A stretch of DNA of 64,000 nt from Octopus vulgaris (GCA_951406725.2 OX597831.1:19344001-19408000), one strand, 5' to 3'. Positions 1 through 14,617 are shown, counted from the first letter of the stretch. A program made the numbers and translations. Notes: a model not told the origin generated them from the letters alone.

Positions 1-197
1 CTAACGGTTTTTTTTACCATGTAGGCGGTCATCGAAATTTCTTTTTGTCTTGTTGCCGAGAGAGGCTCCCTTTCTTTCCTGGTGAGAAGATTGCATCTTA
101 CACCCTTTATTCCTTTGGAATGAAACCATGTTGTCTTCCAAACATATGTCGAGAGTAAAGGAATTTTGTTAACATCTTCGTTCGACTCCATTCTTTC

Positions 198-265
<68 letters not shown>

Positions 266-1769
266 CGATATAAGTGTGTATATATGAACAAATTTTAAGT
301 TTCTGGATATATCAACGATGATTTGAAGAATTTCATTCGGAAAAATTTCCTCTCACAAAATTCCCTCGATCTGGATGTCCAGGTTCTATCAGTATTGAAG
401 AAAATCCAAAGCTACCTACCGTAGACGTAGCAAAATTATTTGATTCGAGTCACACTTCGACCATAGAGCACCTTCATATACTAGGAAAAGTGCCTGAATT
501 TGGTCAGTGGGTCTCTCATTATTTACCTATGCAACTAAACAAGTAGTTGCTATCTGCTCATCGTTGATGGGTTGATTTGCCATTCCGGGATAGAATCGTC
601 TCAATAGATCAAAATTAGGTTTGCTGTAAGTAATTATATCCAATGAAAATGTCAATGCTCTGCACCAAATGAGAATAGAGAATACATCCCAAAACCATGG
701 CTAGAAACGAAATAAGTTACGATATTTGATTGGTGGATTATAAAGGTTGTTATCTCTAAAGATTTGTTAAACGGAAATGAAACGATGCAGATAAATATGG
801 CCGTCGATTGGAAGTATTGCACAAACACTGGCACAAAATGTAGCCAACGTTGTTACAACAGACAGAAAGGAGTTTGCCTTGCATGGTAATGCACATTTAA
901 CTCAGGAAAAGATTGAATATGTTAATTTGCCTCACCTTCCTTCATTCCTAACCATGTGGCATCTGACTACCATTTCTTTAATTCGTTGCTACATACGTTG
1001 CAGGGTAAAGCTGTTTTTGAGTGTTTCTTTGCTTGGAAAGCCAAAGTGTTTTCCGTCTGAGAATTCGAGGCTTTGCAATAGAGAACGAACCAAGGTAAAT
1101 GAAGGGAAATATTATCTGGATTTAAGATATCAATGAAGTGCTTGTTTCTTTACCGATCATGAAAACTGACATGCATTCCTACCAACATAATAACTAAACA
1201 TTTTCAATTTTGAGAAACAAAACAGAACATACATAATGTAACGTATATTAAGACTGGGAATAAATATTATGACTAAGAAAATCACCTCAAAGATTGCGAA
1301 ATATAACAGGTAAAGATGCATTTCCATTTTTCATATTGTCGAAAACATAACAAGACTTCAAACTATGTAATACAACCGTATTGGTACAAAGTTAATGTTC
1401 TTTTCCAATTCTACTTATTTTCTTTGTAGAATTCGATATTGCGGCAATTGAACCAGACTATTTGTGTGAAGTGTTTCTCTATTTGTTACTTTGCTTCTGC
1501 AAGTGTACTTGAGATGCAATCCTCTACAAACTGCTAGAACTAACCTTAAGCGTGTTCTTATTTAAAACGTGTTAGTTACAGGAAAAAACTTTATTATTGA
1601 TACATAAATCCTGTAATTTCACAGGAAATTACAGGATCTATGTATCAATAGATAAGCAGACACACACAAGTGTATACGCTCTTGTTCACACATTCAAATA
1701 CATCTAAATATGTAAATATATATTTGTGTATGTATGTGTGTATATATTTGTTTATATATATGTGTGTGG

Positions 1770-1950
1770 ATTGCTAGCCACTACACATTCTTTATTTTAT
1801 CTCCTTGCTTCTTTCTGGGTTCCTTTCTGTATAAGAGCGTAGGCTCGAAACGTTAAATTCTTTCACTTCCCGAGCGTTATACTAATACACCTGTTTGTTG
1901 TGTACACCAATTGTCTTCGACTTTTGTTTTTGTTGAGAATTCTCCCCTTT
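1770..1950 (+). mobile_element. Short microsatellite-flanked element with a degenerate minimal hammerhead-like motif (PLE pLTR-like family A)
   Basis: ttt-CTGTATAA-gagc-gtag-gctc-GAAACGTT-aaa at 1824-1857; the downstream tcccgagcg..atactaat..tttgtt block is homologous to the reverse complement of 50018-50214 and 30993-31092. Confidence 0.6.
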
Positions 1951-1959
1951 TTATATATG

Positions 1960-2003
<44 letters not shown>

Positions 2004-2225
2004 CGTGTATGTATGTATGTATGCATGCATGTATGTACATATGTATGTATATATATTATGCATATTTGTATATTAAAATAGCCGACACTTGCAAGCGTGT
2101 GTGATCTGGTACTTTTTACCACTTATTTGCCTCTTGTTTCTGTTGTGTATGCAGACGCAAGCATACGTAGATACCTTTTCAGATTTCCACACAAAAGCCA
2201 GCAACAATCCTACACGTGATAGCTG

Positions 2226-2259
<34 letters not shown>

Positions 2260-2608
2260 GGAAGTACTGCACCACGCTGTTGTCACTCATTTTCAGCGGA
2301 ACTTAAAGGAGCAACCTGAATCATAAACAAATGTCTCGCATGGGTCAGTTATAGAAGACCTGTTTGTATGAACATGATTTGACACCATAGCCAGTGTGAA
2401 ATGCAAATACAGACACGCGCCGATCCTCATGTCATACACATTTTGTATGACATCAAAAAACAAACAGTCTCCATCGACACTTAATTTCCTTGTAAAAGTT
2501 AATAGATACATGCTCTACGAAAATACGACTGAATTATCATTCAATTTTATGTTGTAATAATATCACATATAAACAAATATTTATATCTTCATCTGTCTCT
2601 CTATCTTT

Positions 2609-2662
<54 letters not shown>

Positions 2663-2837
2663 TGAGCTATTGTTTAACCCGAATCTTTCATATTAGTCGT
2701 ACTCACTTGAGCACTTTTCACAGATCCTCAATGCAAAACAATTCCTCAATTATAATCTAGAATTTAGTCAATTTAAATCTTTTCGCATTTCGTAGATTAA
2801 GGGATTATGGAATTTAATAAATCGCTTGGCAGATATC

Positions 2838-2978
2838 ACTTCGAATGACATATAGTTCGAGGAAAGAGACACGTTTTCTTTTATATGGATGTTGGTAAGA
2901 AATGGAAATAAGAAAGTATCCCGAGACCAGTGAAGTATGTTTAGAAAAGGAGATGATTTATAGGTGGCTAAGCTTCTG
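2838..2978. repeat. ~140 bp dispersed repeat, copy 1 (copy 2 at 4557-4696)
   Basis: cttcgaatgacatatagttcgag...ggatgttggtaagaaatggaaataagaaagtatcccgagaccagtgaagtatgt...ctaagcttct occurs twice in the same orientation. Confidence 0.85.
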
Positions 2979-4556
2979 AATTTGAAAGTATCTCAGTTAG
3001 GTGTGTGAGAGAGAGAGAGAGAGAGACGGAGAGAGAGAAAGAGAGAGAGAGAGAGAGATAAGCAACAATATTAACATTTGAATCTTTGTATGTTGTCAGA
3101 GCAGGATTGGAATATTGTGCTTCATGCAGCTGCTAATCTATTCTTAAGAACAGTATAGACCTTTTTCTTTAAATGAAGTTGGTTCCATTGCCAATTCAAT
3201 AAATGTGTAAGCCAGCATATTCAAAAACAATTCAAGCCATATTTTCACTTCTTAGCTACTTTCAAACAATTCGTTTTCATTTTGAAAATTTTGTTAAATA
3301 TAAAACATTTCATGTGACATACGATGTTGTGTGTTCGTCTGGACATTGCGTTTTGTTTAGGTAGAGTGGGACAGATGACTTTCGATCGGGCAGTCAAAGA
3401 ATGTTTGTGTATGCATGGTGCCAATAGAACAATAATTATACTTTAGATTCGTATATTTAATGGATCAGAAATTGCTTTGTGTAAAATTCCAGGGTCTTAA
3501 TATCTGAAGTCAATTTAAGATGCAATACAATCAGCATCTTTAATTGGAATTCTATTATTGAATTTCTGCAAAATACCGACAGGAACCCTACGTACGACGC
3601 CAAAGCTTCGGACGAATAATCAAATAAATTAGTCACTTTTATGACTCCCGCCGGTTAAATGCAAGGGAAGAGGAGGGCCTCCAGGTGTGAGGAATATCAG
3701 CTGAAAATCTTTGAAATAACACAGTATTGTTTTAAATCTAGAACGGCACACTGCATCATGTCTACGTAGCCATAGTCCTCTACTCTCTCAAACATTATTA
3801 TTATCATTGAATTGTATACACTATGTTGTACTATTATATTTATCTCTAAACGTCAGCATAACAATCGACTTGCTTACGGCATTTTGCCGGTCTGCTCGCC
3901 ATTCTACCAGCTCGCCGTCTTAAATAAATAAAAATATTAACATGCCTTTACATGAATCAGAGTGTTATAAGGATGTTTCTTTTTAAATTAGTTCTGGAAG
4001 TGGCATGAGTTTTTCCATGGACTATGAGAGAGACGAGTTGACATTCCTCTTGAGCAATCGGAACGTAGTAGTTATTCTATTAATTTTGTAGAGGTAGAAC
4101 TGGAGAACGTGGGGGTACGTTATTATGAATATATTAATACTGAATTCAGAAACCGTTATTATAATTTAGTGCATGTTACTCACGAGTAGCAATATGTTAT
4201 TATGCTATGCGAGGCGAAAATATCGGCAGAGCTCATTGAAGAAGGATTTCGTGGTCGTAATTCATAGAAATATTCAAATTTGGCTTTCGAGATTCCGTTT
4301 CCGTGTGGATAATACCTGGTTGTCAAAAGAAGAAATGAAGATAGATATCATCTGCATTGGTGTGGGTGATGTCAAAGGGGATCAACATTGTGAATTTAAG
4401 GCTGTCTGTTTTGGTTTTATGTTATATGTGGGGAAATACGTGGAAGACAATCTCTTCTTTTCACAACTACTTGTCTTTGTTTGGTTGGAGGAAGACTAAA
4501 AGCGATAGAAGAGATGGCGTGTAAAGAATTGACAGACACTTGACGAGTATGCCGAC

Positions 4557-4696
4557 TTCGAATGACATATAGTTCGAGCAAAGAGACGTGTTTTGTTTTA
4601 TATGGATGTTGGTAAGAAATGGAAATAAGAAAGTATCCCGAGACCAGTGAAGTATGTCTCGAAAAGGAGATGGTTTATAGGTGTCTAAGCTTCTTG
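4557..4696. repeat. ~140 bp dispersed repeat, copy 2
   Basis: Closely matches 2838-2978. Confidence 0.85.
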
Positions 4697-7600
4697 ACGA
4701 GAGAGACTTCAAGTGTGCAGGGATGCGTGTCACGTGTGTGTGAGAATGCTAATCACTGCAAAAGACTCATATTACCTGTTGTAGGCCAAATGCCATTGGT
4801 AAGAGAATCGAGAGCGTGAGTGAAAGGAATTCACAAACATATAATACTCAGTGTGGGAAGAAATCAAAATGGCGTGATTGAAAAGCTATTGCCCCGACCG
4901 CACGACTATTTCTGCACACTTGTTTTCCGAAAGTAAAGTAAAAAAAAATATTCTAAAGTAGATTTTTCTCTGAATAAACTAATTCAATTTACAGCCAATC
5001 GTTTCCATTTTGACTTCTCACAAAACCTAGAAACTTTCGTCGTATTACCTTTCAGCATTTTCTAAGTCAATTTCTGTTTCACTGCTTTACAATAACTACA
5101 GTATGTCTTGAAGCTAACATAATAAATGTATTAATAGTAAATTTTATTTTGGTTTTATTTAGGAATGTATGTCACTTCTTTATATACTGTATTCTGTTGC
5201 AAATGAACACGAAACCAGATTAGAGTAGTGGAGAAATGAAAATGCATGTGAATAATCAAGTAAAATCTTGTATTCCGGAATCAGAAATTCCATTTTTTTC
5301 TGTTTTTTTTTTTTTAGTTTTTTTTTATAACTTCCTATTGTTTGGTTACTTTTCTGCTGTGCAGTCATCAGAATTGAACTGAAGCTGTACTGAATCTGTT
5401 AGATTTAGACATTCTTCATTACAAAGTTAGAACCATTTTATTGCATCGTTACTGAAATGCAGTTTAGCAATCCCCTTTAATAAAGCTGAGAGAGTAACGC
5501 TTATTGAAAAAAACAATAAAATAAACATCAATTTTTATAACCTTGCAGATATTAGAGAAAATATTAGAGTAAAATTCTACGAGACGTTAGTGTTAACAAA
5601 AGCCTGTCAGTAGTAACAACATTTACGTTGTAAAAAATAATAGGTACAAAGATGAGGCAAGAGTCAGACAGCCTCCAGGAAAGACAAAAGAATCATTTTA
5701 AATGATCACTTTTTCTTTTTTATTTACAGACCATTGATTACATGTGGACTAGTTGCACCACCTTACTTGTGGACTAGTTCACTTTCGCAAGGTGGGAGAC
5801 ACAGCGCACCAACCATCTACTGGTCCTAAACAATTAGAATTTGCGCATTTTTATCAGTAAGTTTGTTTATTCCTGTAGCATAGAATAATTTCGGAGTGCT
5901 GAAACAAATGACCGTCATTTATCTTTCACTCATTTCAGTCATTGGACTGCAGCCATGCTGAGGAAACTTGTTTGCTGAATTCCTTTTGCAGTAGGCTATT
6001 AAAATGATTTTATAAGGAGTTTGTGAAAGATCAGGGAATTGCCAACAACTTCACTTAGGTGAGCTAGACAACTTTAGCTCAGTTAATTTACTTCCCCAAG
6101 TCATTTGAGTTATCACAGAGGAGGATTGGTCTTTATCTGTCGGTAAATGCCAGACATAAATGGCGCAGTCTTTTGAGCAATTTCTCGATTTGCAGACAAT
6201 ACATGTCTGTTGCGATGGTTACTCAACTATTTGAGAATTAACAATGAATGATGGTTCCACTTGCCGACAATCACAGTTTCATTGACCATAAACATTTTTC
6301 GATTTCACTTCAATTTCGAAACGTTACCAGCTTCTCACCTCTATTGACCCAGTGCATAAAGCCACCACTCGCAATATTCCACAATGCAATAAGGAAATTC
6401 ATAAATTTTTGTCGTCCTAGGGAAGCAATCTTCGCTTTCATCGGTGCCAAATCCACCACAAATCCTTTCAGAATTACGTTTAAGAAATATGTTTACGGTT
6501 CCCTAGACAAATGCTTCGTTGGTATTGTTAGTTATTATTCCAGCAGTCAGCTGCGGTTTGCATTCTATTTTGAACTCACAATATACAATCCATTCCATTT
6601 GCTTTAATAAACATTGGTTGGGATAGAGATAAGAAATATTTCCAGATAGGTGGGTGGTTAAAACTGGAAAAAATAGGATGAAGACGAATGATTTGGTAAG
6701 GTGAAACCGAGAGGAAAATACAAACAGAAACAAGACAAAATACACAAAAAAAAAGAAATGATAGAAGGCAAACGAGGAATCGAATTACAAATGAAATATA
6801 TGAAAATAGGGCTATAGAAAAAAAGGTGCAGATAAATCAAGATGGGATTAAATTAAAATGACTAGAATAATAAGAAAACGGAATGATATTATTAGGAGGT
6901 AGGGTGTGGTAACGGATGAAGTTGGGAGAAGAATTACGCGAGGAGGAATTAAGAATTGAGAAACAGAAAGGTTTCTTTGGGAGTAGAAGTGTATGAAAGG
7001 AATATGGCGATAGCGTGTGAGGGAGAAGGATTGAATACAATTCGGTGGGAAGTAAAATAGAGACGCAGATGTGCAAGAGTAGAGGATAAAAAGGGGAAAA
7101 GGAAGTAAATATACCAAATTGATAATGCAATGAGGCTGTACACACTGAAGCGATTGATTAGTTACCACAATTGAAATTACTTTAAATAATTAAATAAATC
7201 GTATAAAACGGAAATAATTTAGTGGTGTTAAGAATAGTTGCAATAATGCTATTTAATTTGGAATATGTCAATATTGTTTGAAAAGAAATATAACGTGTTT
7301 ATTAATGGGCGCAAGTAACGATTTGGGAGCAGTAGAAAGAAGATTAGATGATGAGAGGGAGAGAAACTTATACGGAGATTAGCGAGTAAGCAGCCTTTGG
7401 TGAGGAATATGAGAAGGATAACGAAAATCGGAGATGGGTCGACAATATATAAGGTCGGCCACTGAGTAAAGTATGTATTGTAAAAGTAGGAGAAAAGCTG
7501 TAAAAATATCGGAAGAACATTGCTTTAGAAAGATTAAAGAGGTATGAAATAGAAGAGTCAAAATGAATATAAGAATCTAGAATTATGAAGAATACTTGAG

Positions 7601-7894
7601 AATAGTTATTAAGATTAATTAAGAAAATAAGGGGTTTTAGTTTAAGATACACGAGATAAAGCAATTAATTCCTGTAATTTCGATTAAAATGATAGAAAAT
7701 CAAAATGGAAGGCAATGAAGTATATGTGTCTTCAGTCGTGTAGAGAGTGGATGGTCTTCAGTGTTTGGGTGGGGGACGATGAAGATTTGAAAGTTATATG
7801 AATTGTGGTCGTTAACGAAAATAGACGAGAAACAATGAAAGTCATTCACTGGAGAAAGTTCATATATAAATGTACGTATATAAATATGTATATA

Positions 7895-9516
7895 CAGTAG
7901 TGGCCAAAATGTTCAGAACGGCATTGTTTTCGTCAGAAAAGTAGATATAGGTTTTTATCAAAGTTGTTTTATATTCTATAATTTTCACAGACAATAAATA
8001 GGATATTAATCGTTATCGATTGAGATTTTGGTGTAATTTGAGAGGATAATACAAAAGTTATGGATGATTTAGGGATATACTGCAAAACCCTTGGCGGCCA
8101 TTTTGATCAGAACGGTTGCTTTTACTCCGTGTTTTAGTATATTTAACCGGTGAACTCTAATGTTTTGAATTTGTTTACGTGATGATTCATTTACTAAACA
8201 TTAGTAAGAATATCTGCATTGTACTTTGTTAATATAATCCCACTTACTCCGTTACCAATTCGTCAGCAGATTATTAAGCTTCGAAGGAAGGATAATTTAA
8301 GTATTGGATCTATTGCAAAGATTGTTAACAAGTCAAAAAGTGTTGTACACTGTATTCTTAAGGTCTACAATGATTGTGGTTTGTGTAAAGCAAGAAAGTT
8401 TACAGGTAGGCCAAGAAAAACGACCAAGAGAGAAGATCGTGCTATGGTAAAGTTGGTTAAAAAGGACAGATTTAAAACTGTTGCTGCTGTTTCTCGGAAA
8501 ATGAGCATTGTATTGAAGAAAACTTTATCTCGAAAAACTGTGTCTCGTCGTTTAGTTGAACATGACCTACAAGCAAGAGCACCTGCAGTGAAGCCACTGA
8601 TCATCTCCAAGAATAAGAAGTGTCGTCTTACCTTTGCAACCGAACATGTGTTGTGGTCTCAAGAAAAATGGCAAACGGTGCATTTCCGTGATGAATCTTA
8701 GTTTATGTTATATGGCTCAGATGGGAAAAGGTACGTTCGTCGAAAAGTAGGTGAAAAATTGTCGCCTAAATGCCTTAAGACTAGTGTTAAATTCGGTGGA
8801 GGTAGTGTCATGGTTTGGGGGATAATATCTGGAAATGGTGTGCGCCCTAGGGTGCGATTATATGGAAAGGTAAATGCCGGAGTTTATAAACAACTTGTAA
8901 AAGATCATGCCTTGCCTGTGCTGAGAAATTCAACTAAGCGATCACCCATATTCATGCAGGACAATGCCCCATGTCACAAGGCTAAGGTGGTCATGAACTT
9001 TCTCAAGGCTGAAAAGATTATTGTTATGGATTGGCCTGCTCCAAGCCCAGATCTTAATCCTATTGAAAATGTGTGGAATATTCTAGGAGAACGTTCGAAC
9101 GCCAGAAATCCTAAAACAACCGAACAATTATGGAATGCCCTTCAGGAAGAATGGAATAAGATCACCCAGCAAGAAATTGAAAGTTTAATTTCCTCATGCA
9201 GTCGAAGATGTCAAAGTGTGATTGAAGCTAAAGGGCTTCACACTAAATATTAAATAATTCCAGTATTCTCTATCATTTTTGATTTTTTTTTTTAAACCGT
9301 TCTGATCCTTTTGGCCGCCATGGGTTTTGCAGTAAATCACTAAATCATCCATACCTTTTGTATTATCCTCTCACATTACACCAAAATGTCAGACAATGAT
9401 AATTAATATTGTATTTATTGTCTGTGAAAATTATAGAATATAAAACAACTTTGATAAAAACTTATACCCACTTTTCTGACGAAAACAATTCGTTCTGAAC
9501 ATTTTGGCCGCCACTG
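7895..9516 (+). mobile_element. Full-length Tc1-like DNA transposon (DD34E) with IR/DR ends
   Basis: TA|CAGT...ACTG|TA termini; ~220 bp inverted repeats (7895-8117 / 9295-9516), each with outer and inner direct repeats (ggccaaaatgttcagaacg / ggccattttgatcagaacg). Confidence 0.97.
8219..9253 (+). pseudogene. Tc1 transposase (DD34E) broken by an in-frame TAG at 8699-8701
   Basis: HTH region, GRPRKTT, WQTVHFRDES*F, VKFGGGSVMVWG, FMQDNAPCH, WPAPSPDLNPIENVW; 34 residues between the second D and E. Confidence 0.95.
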
Positions 9517-9522
9517 TATATA

Positions 9523-10041
<519 letters not shown>

Positions 10042-10911
10042 ATATATTATAATCTTTCAAATTCACCGTGCCAGCGCAGTTTCATTCGGCAGCAAATGAA
10101 AAAATGCCGAACTAATCTTCTGAAAATGCTAAAATCATATACGTAAAATATATAGGGTAACGACTTTTTTAGTAACTAAAAGCATTGTGTAAACTGGTCC
10201 ATATAACATACGTCTGTATATACATACGTATATATATGTATATTAGAAGAAATGAGATAATCAGAAGATCGGATGGTTTATATTTACAGATATTTATTTA
10301 TATATTACATTATATATATATATATATATATATCATATCACTTAGATCATTAGCGCTTTCTCCCATTCTAGTGGTGTTTTCAAATGAAACTAAGCTCCTG
10401 TGTGGGGAATTTTAATCATTTTATAGAGTTTCGTAGTGGTGGGGAGGAATATAAGACAGTACAAGAGGATGAGATGGATGAGGAGAAAGTGAGAGAGAGA
10501 ACATGTGTGTATGTGTGTGTGTGTGTGTGTGTGTATTTGTATCTGAGGTGAGTGCTAAAGAGAAAGAGGGGAAGGGGGAGGTAAGAAGAAGGAAATAATT
10601 TTTTTGGTCTGCTGGACAGAATATTGATTCCAAGGGGTTCTAAGAATTTCAGCTTTGACCACTTCACAGTGTCACTGAGTGTGTGGTGGCGGGGAGGTAG
10701 GCCATAAATTATATTTCCTTTTATCATTGTGAGAATGGTCAAATGCTTTTTTTGGGTTTAAGAATTCTTTCCACTTTTTATGATCGTTTTGTGGAGGTGT
10801 GTGTGTGTCTGTGTATGTGTGTCCGTGTGTGTTTGTGTGTGTGTGTGTGCGTGTGCGTGTGTCTGTGTGTTTGGAGAAGGGAAGAGAGACAACAAAAGAA
10901 GAAAAAGAAAA

Positions 10912-10963
10912 AGAAAAATAAGGGAGGAAGGGGAAAAAATTGTGTTGATATTTATACCACTAT

Positions 10964-11020
<57 letters not shown>

Positions 11021-11066
11021 GTGGTATAAATATCAACAAATTTTTTCCTTCCTCCCTTATTTTTCT
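10912..11066. repeat. Inverted repeat (~52 bp arms) enclosing a (TA)n tract
   Basis: agaaaaataagggaggaag...tttataccactatta-(TA)n-taatagtggtataaa...cttcctcccttatttttct. Confidence 0.9.
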
Positions 11067-11079
11067 ATATATATACACG

Positions 11080-11324
11080 CTTATACATGAAATATTTGAA
11101 AAAAAACCTTTTATCGGTTCAAAATGAACAACTAAATTACACCATCTTGAAAATTGTATATCATAGAAAAGTTAAAATTAAAGTGACAATTAAAAAGTAA
11201 AGATTAAGTAAATTACAAAAATAAAATAATGTATATAACAGGCAATATATATATATACACATACACACATATACTAAATGTTCTACTATATTAGATTGTA
11301 AATCGAAAGATGTGTCCTTCAACG

Positions 11325-11401
<77 letters not shown>

Positions 11402-11563
11402 TTATACATGAAATATTAGAAAAAAACACCTTCTATCGATTCAAAATGAACAATCAAATTACACCATGTTGAAAATTGTATATCATAGGAAGGTTAAAAT
11501 TAAAAGGACAATTGGCAAGTAAAGATTAAGTAAATTACAAAAATAATATAATGTATATAACAG

Positions 11564-11625
<62 letters not shown>

Positions 11626-14539
11626 TACATATATACACACACATATTAAATGTTCTACTATATTATATTGTAAATCGAAAGATGTGTCCTTTAATATATG
11701 ATGAGTAAAATTTCAGCCATTTAATTTGGGGGAGAACTTAGCTATGAAATATTTTTTCATATTCCTCCTGAAAGAGCTGTCGTTCTTCGGACATTTGTAG
11801 AAGGGAAAGATCTAAAATTTCCTTCTCCACACGTAGCTAGGTGTGTACTTAGTGGTATTTTGCGTAGTTCTTCCTGCCGAATATGTTGTCGGTGAATCCT
11901 GGCTCACTGGCTCAAAGAATTACCAGTTTCACCTAAGTAATTCTCCTTGCACGTGGGGCAGGTTATGCAGTATTTAACGTTCTGCGTCTTGCAGTTCATA
12001 CCTGTATTTACTTTGAATACGTAACCACTTTTAAATCTCATCTCTCTGTTTCCCTCTATGTATTTGTAGGTGGGGGTTGCTGCAGATCCCACATCTACCA
12101 TCTCCGCACTCTTTTGCAAATAATTCCGTTTTAGTTTCCGAAGAGAATTTCGCTCTTGTTAGGTGTTTCTTTAGGTTTTTGTCCTGTCGTCTACTGTTTT
12201 TTATGCTATATTTGTTTAATATGTTTTTCATTTTGGGGCTTTGTACGGCTATTGGTAGGTTTGAATGTATGGTTTGGAAGATGTTGGTAACTCCAGGGTT
12301 GTGCGTGTTTATAAAAGGGATAATGTTTTCTTTGTTTTTTGTTTTGGGTGTCCTGATTTGTGCGATGTCTAGTTTAAATGCTCTTGTGATTCCATTTTCT
12401 ATTAGTTTAAGGGGGTATTTTTGCTCTAGGAGGAAGTTTTTGAGTTCATCTAGTCTTATTAGTCGTATTTGTGAATCAGTTACTATGCTACATATTCGTC
12501 TTGCCATACTATATGGGATGTTTCTTTTTGTGTGGGATGGGGGGGCAGGAGTGGAAAATTAGATATTGGTGTGTGTCAGTTTTTGTAGTGGATGTCTGTT
12601 GTGACGATGGAGCTGTGTATTTTGATGTTGATGTCTAGGAAGGGAAGTTCATTGTGGCTGGTATCTATTGTGAAGTTGATAGATGGGTGCAGCGTATTGA
12701 GGATGTTGTGGAATGTTCGTAGGTCTTCTGATCTGTTCCAAAAGATGAAGCAGTCATCGAGGTAGCGTTCCCACTTTTACTTCACTGAAGTTGTGTTCGA
12801 AGACTTTCCCTATTTCATCGTATAGTTTGTTCTCCAGGAAACCCATCATCAGGTTGGCATATGAAGGTACGAATTTTGTACCCATAGCCGTGCCTTTTAT
12901 CTGTCGGTATGTCTTGTTGTTGAATGAGAATGTATTTTCTTCGAGTATTAGTTGGGTGGGTTGGGTGATAAAGTTTGTCTTGAAGCGTTCGTCTATAAGT
13001 TCTCTGTATTTTTCTATCGATTGTTTTATTGCTTCTAGACCTAGGGTATGTGGTATGTTTGTGTATAGATTTATGACATCAAAGCTTGCAAGTATGATGT
13101 TTTTCGGGACTGTATTTCAAATGTGTGTGAGGAAGTCTATGTCATCCCTTATGTAGCTTGGTATCTGTGGGCATAAAGGTTTGAGGAGTATATCTATGAA
13201 GTGGTTTAGTTGTTGTGTTGGTGCCTGGGGTCCTGTCACTTTTGGTCTCATTGTGAGGTCTGCAGGCATTTGTATTCTTATATAGTGGTTCCTCTGTTCC
13301 TTTATGGCTCTCTGTATTTCAGAGCTTTTATGAATTTTTGGTAATCCATAAAAATTGCTTTCTTTGGTTCTTGAGTTGCATAGATAGTCTTTCTCCTTAT
13401 CTGTAAAGGAGTCCTGATATTCATTGACTAAATTTTAATTTCTTTTATTGTTGCTTTCTCCGGTGGTGTTGGTTCCTCTTTATAGTATGTCTGGTTGTTC
13501 CGTAACTCCAGTATCTTTTCTTTGTAGTAATCTGTATCCATAATTACTATTGCTCCACCTTTGTCAGCTTCTTTTATAATGATTGACTTGTCATTTTTCA
13601 GTTTTTGTAAGGCTTGTTTTTCTCCTCTGCAGAGATTCTGTTTGCATTTGTGTGTGTTGAGAGGGAATTTGGATATTGTCTCTATGTATGCGTCAAGGTG
13701 TTTGTCACTTCCCTTGTAAGGGGTGAAATGGGATTTTTTTCTTATGATTGAGTTATCTTCTGTTTCATTTATTTTCAAAGAATTCCATAAGGCGGAAGTG
13801 GCGGCTGAAGTTGTCTATAACAGTTTTTAGTTCTATGAGGTTTGGAGTGGGTGTAGGTATAAATTTGAGGCCTTTTAGTTGTAGGTTCATTTCATTTCCG
13901 TCAAGTTCTCTTTTAGAAAAGTTTATCATTTTGGGGTCTATGTGTTTTGTGAGTTCATCCGGAATTTTTGGTGTATTGGGTCTGGAGTATGGTTGAAGTA
14001 TCCTCTCCCTAAAAAATGGGTTGTGTTGTTACGTCTCCAAATTCCATTTTCAGTTCTTAGGTTTTCTTGTAGTTGGGGTGGTCTGTGTGGTCTGTATGTG
14101 TTGTTTTGTCTTTGGTAGTTGTTTTCTTCCCATCTTCTGTGTTATTGAGCCAATATCTATTACTGGGGTTCAGGTTTCTTTGTGGGTAGGTGGAAGGTTC
14201 ATGTATTGTGTTTGTATTGTATTGATAGTGGGGGTTGTTTTTTATCCATCTTGTAAATTTGTGGGGTTGCATGGGGTTGGTGTTTGTGTGGTTTCGATTT
14301 CCTCGATGTTTGTTGTAGGTTATGTGTTGATTTCTATCCATTTGTTTATTGTTCCATGTGTGTGTCCTTTTAGGATGTCCAGTGTTATGTGTTGGTGGTT
14401 GTTCCTATTCTATTTGTTCTCTCCAAGTGTCATAGGTTGTTGGTTGTATGTATTGTGCTCGTCTTGCTGTTTGTGTGTTTGTTTTTGTGGGGTTTTTGGT
14501 TGATGGTTGTCTTTCATATTTTGTGTATCTGTTTTCTGT

Positions 14540-14545
<6 letters not shown>
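11080..14545 (-). mobile_element. Penelope-like retroelement, Neptune-type (RT plus C-terminal GIY-YIG), degraded, flanked by (TA)n
   Basis: Minus-strand frames give LKGLKFIPTP, IIIKEADKGGAIVIMD, FYGLPKIHK, SFDVINLYTNIPH, QIKGTAMGT, RYLDD (YLDD at 12753-12764), LPFLDI, a Cys-rich linker ECGDGRCGIC and GIY-YIG NVKYCITCPTCKENYLGETG; the 3' UTR is duplicated (11080-11320 / 11401-11690). Confidence 0.93.
11718..14341 (-). pseudogene. PLE RT/GIY-YIG polyprotein, frameshifted
   Basis: ORF fragments 14057-14341, 13428-13778, 12031-12507 and 11904-12119 plus intervening motifs. Confidence 0.9.

Positions 14546-14613
<68 letters not shown>

Positions 14614-14617
<4 letters not shown>

Noticed and set aside
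2293-2511. 72-aa non-repetitive ORF on the minus strand
   Set aside because: No recognisable domain and no clean splice boundaries.
6600-7800. Purine-rich stretch with faint RT-like words on the minus strand (SHIPHQ)
   Set aside because: Too degenerate to assign without a profile-HMM search.
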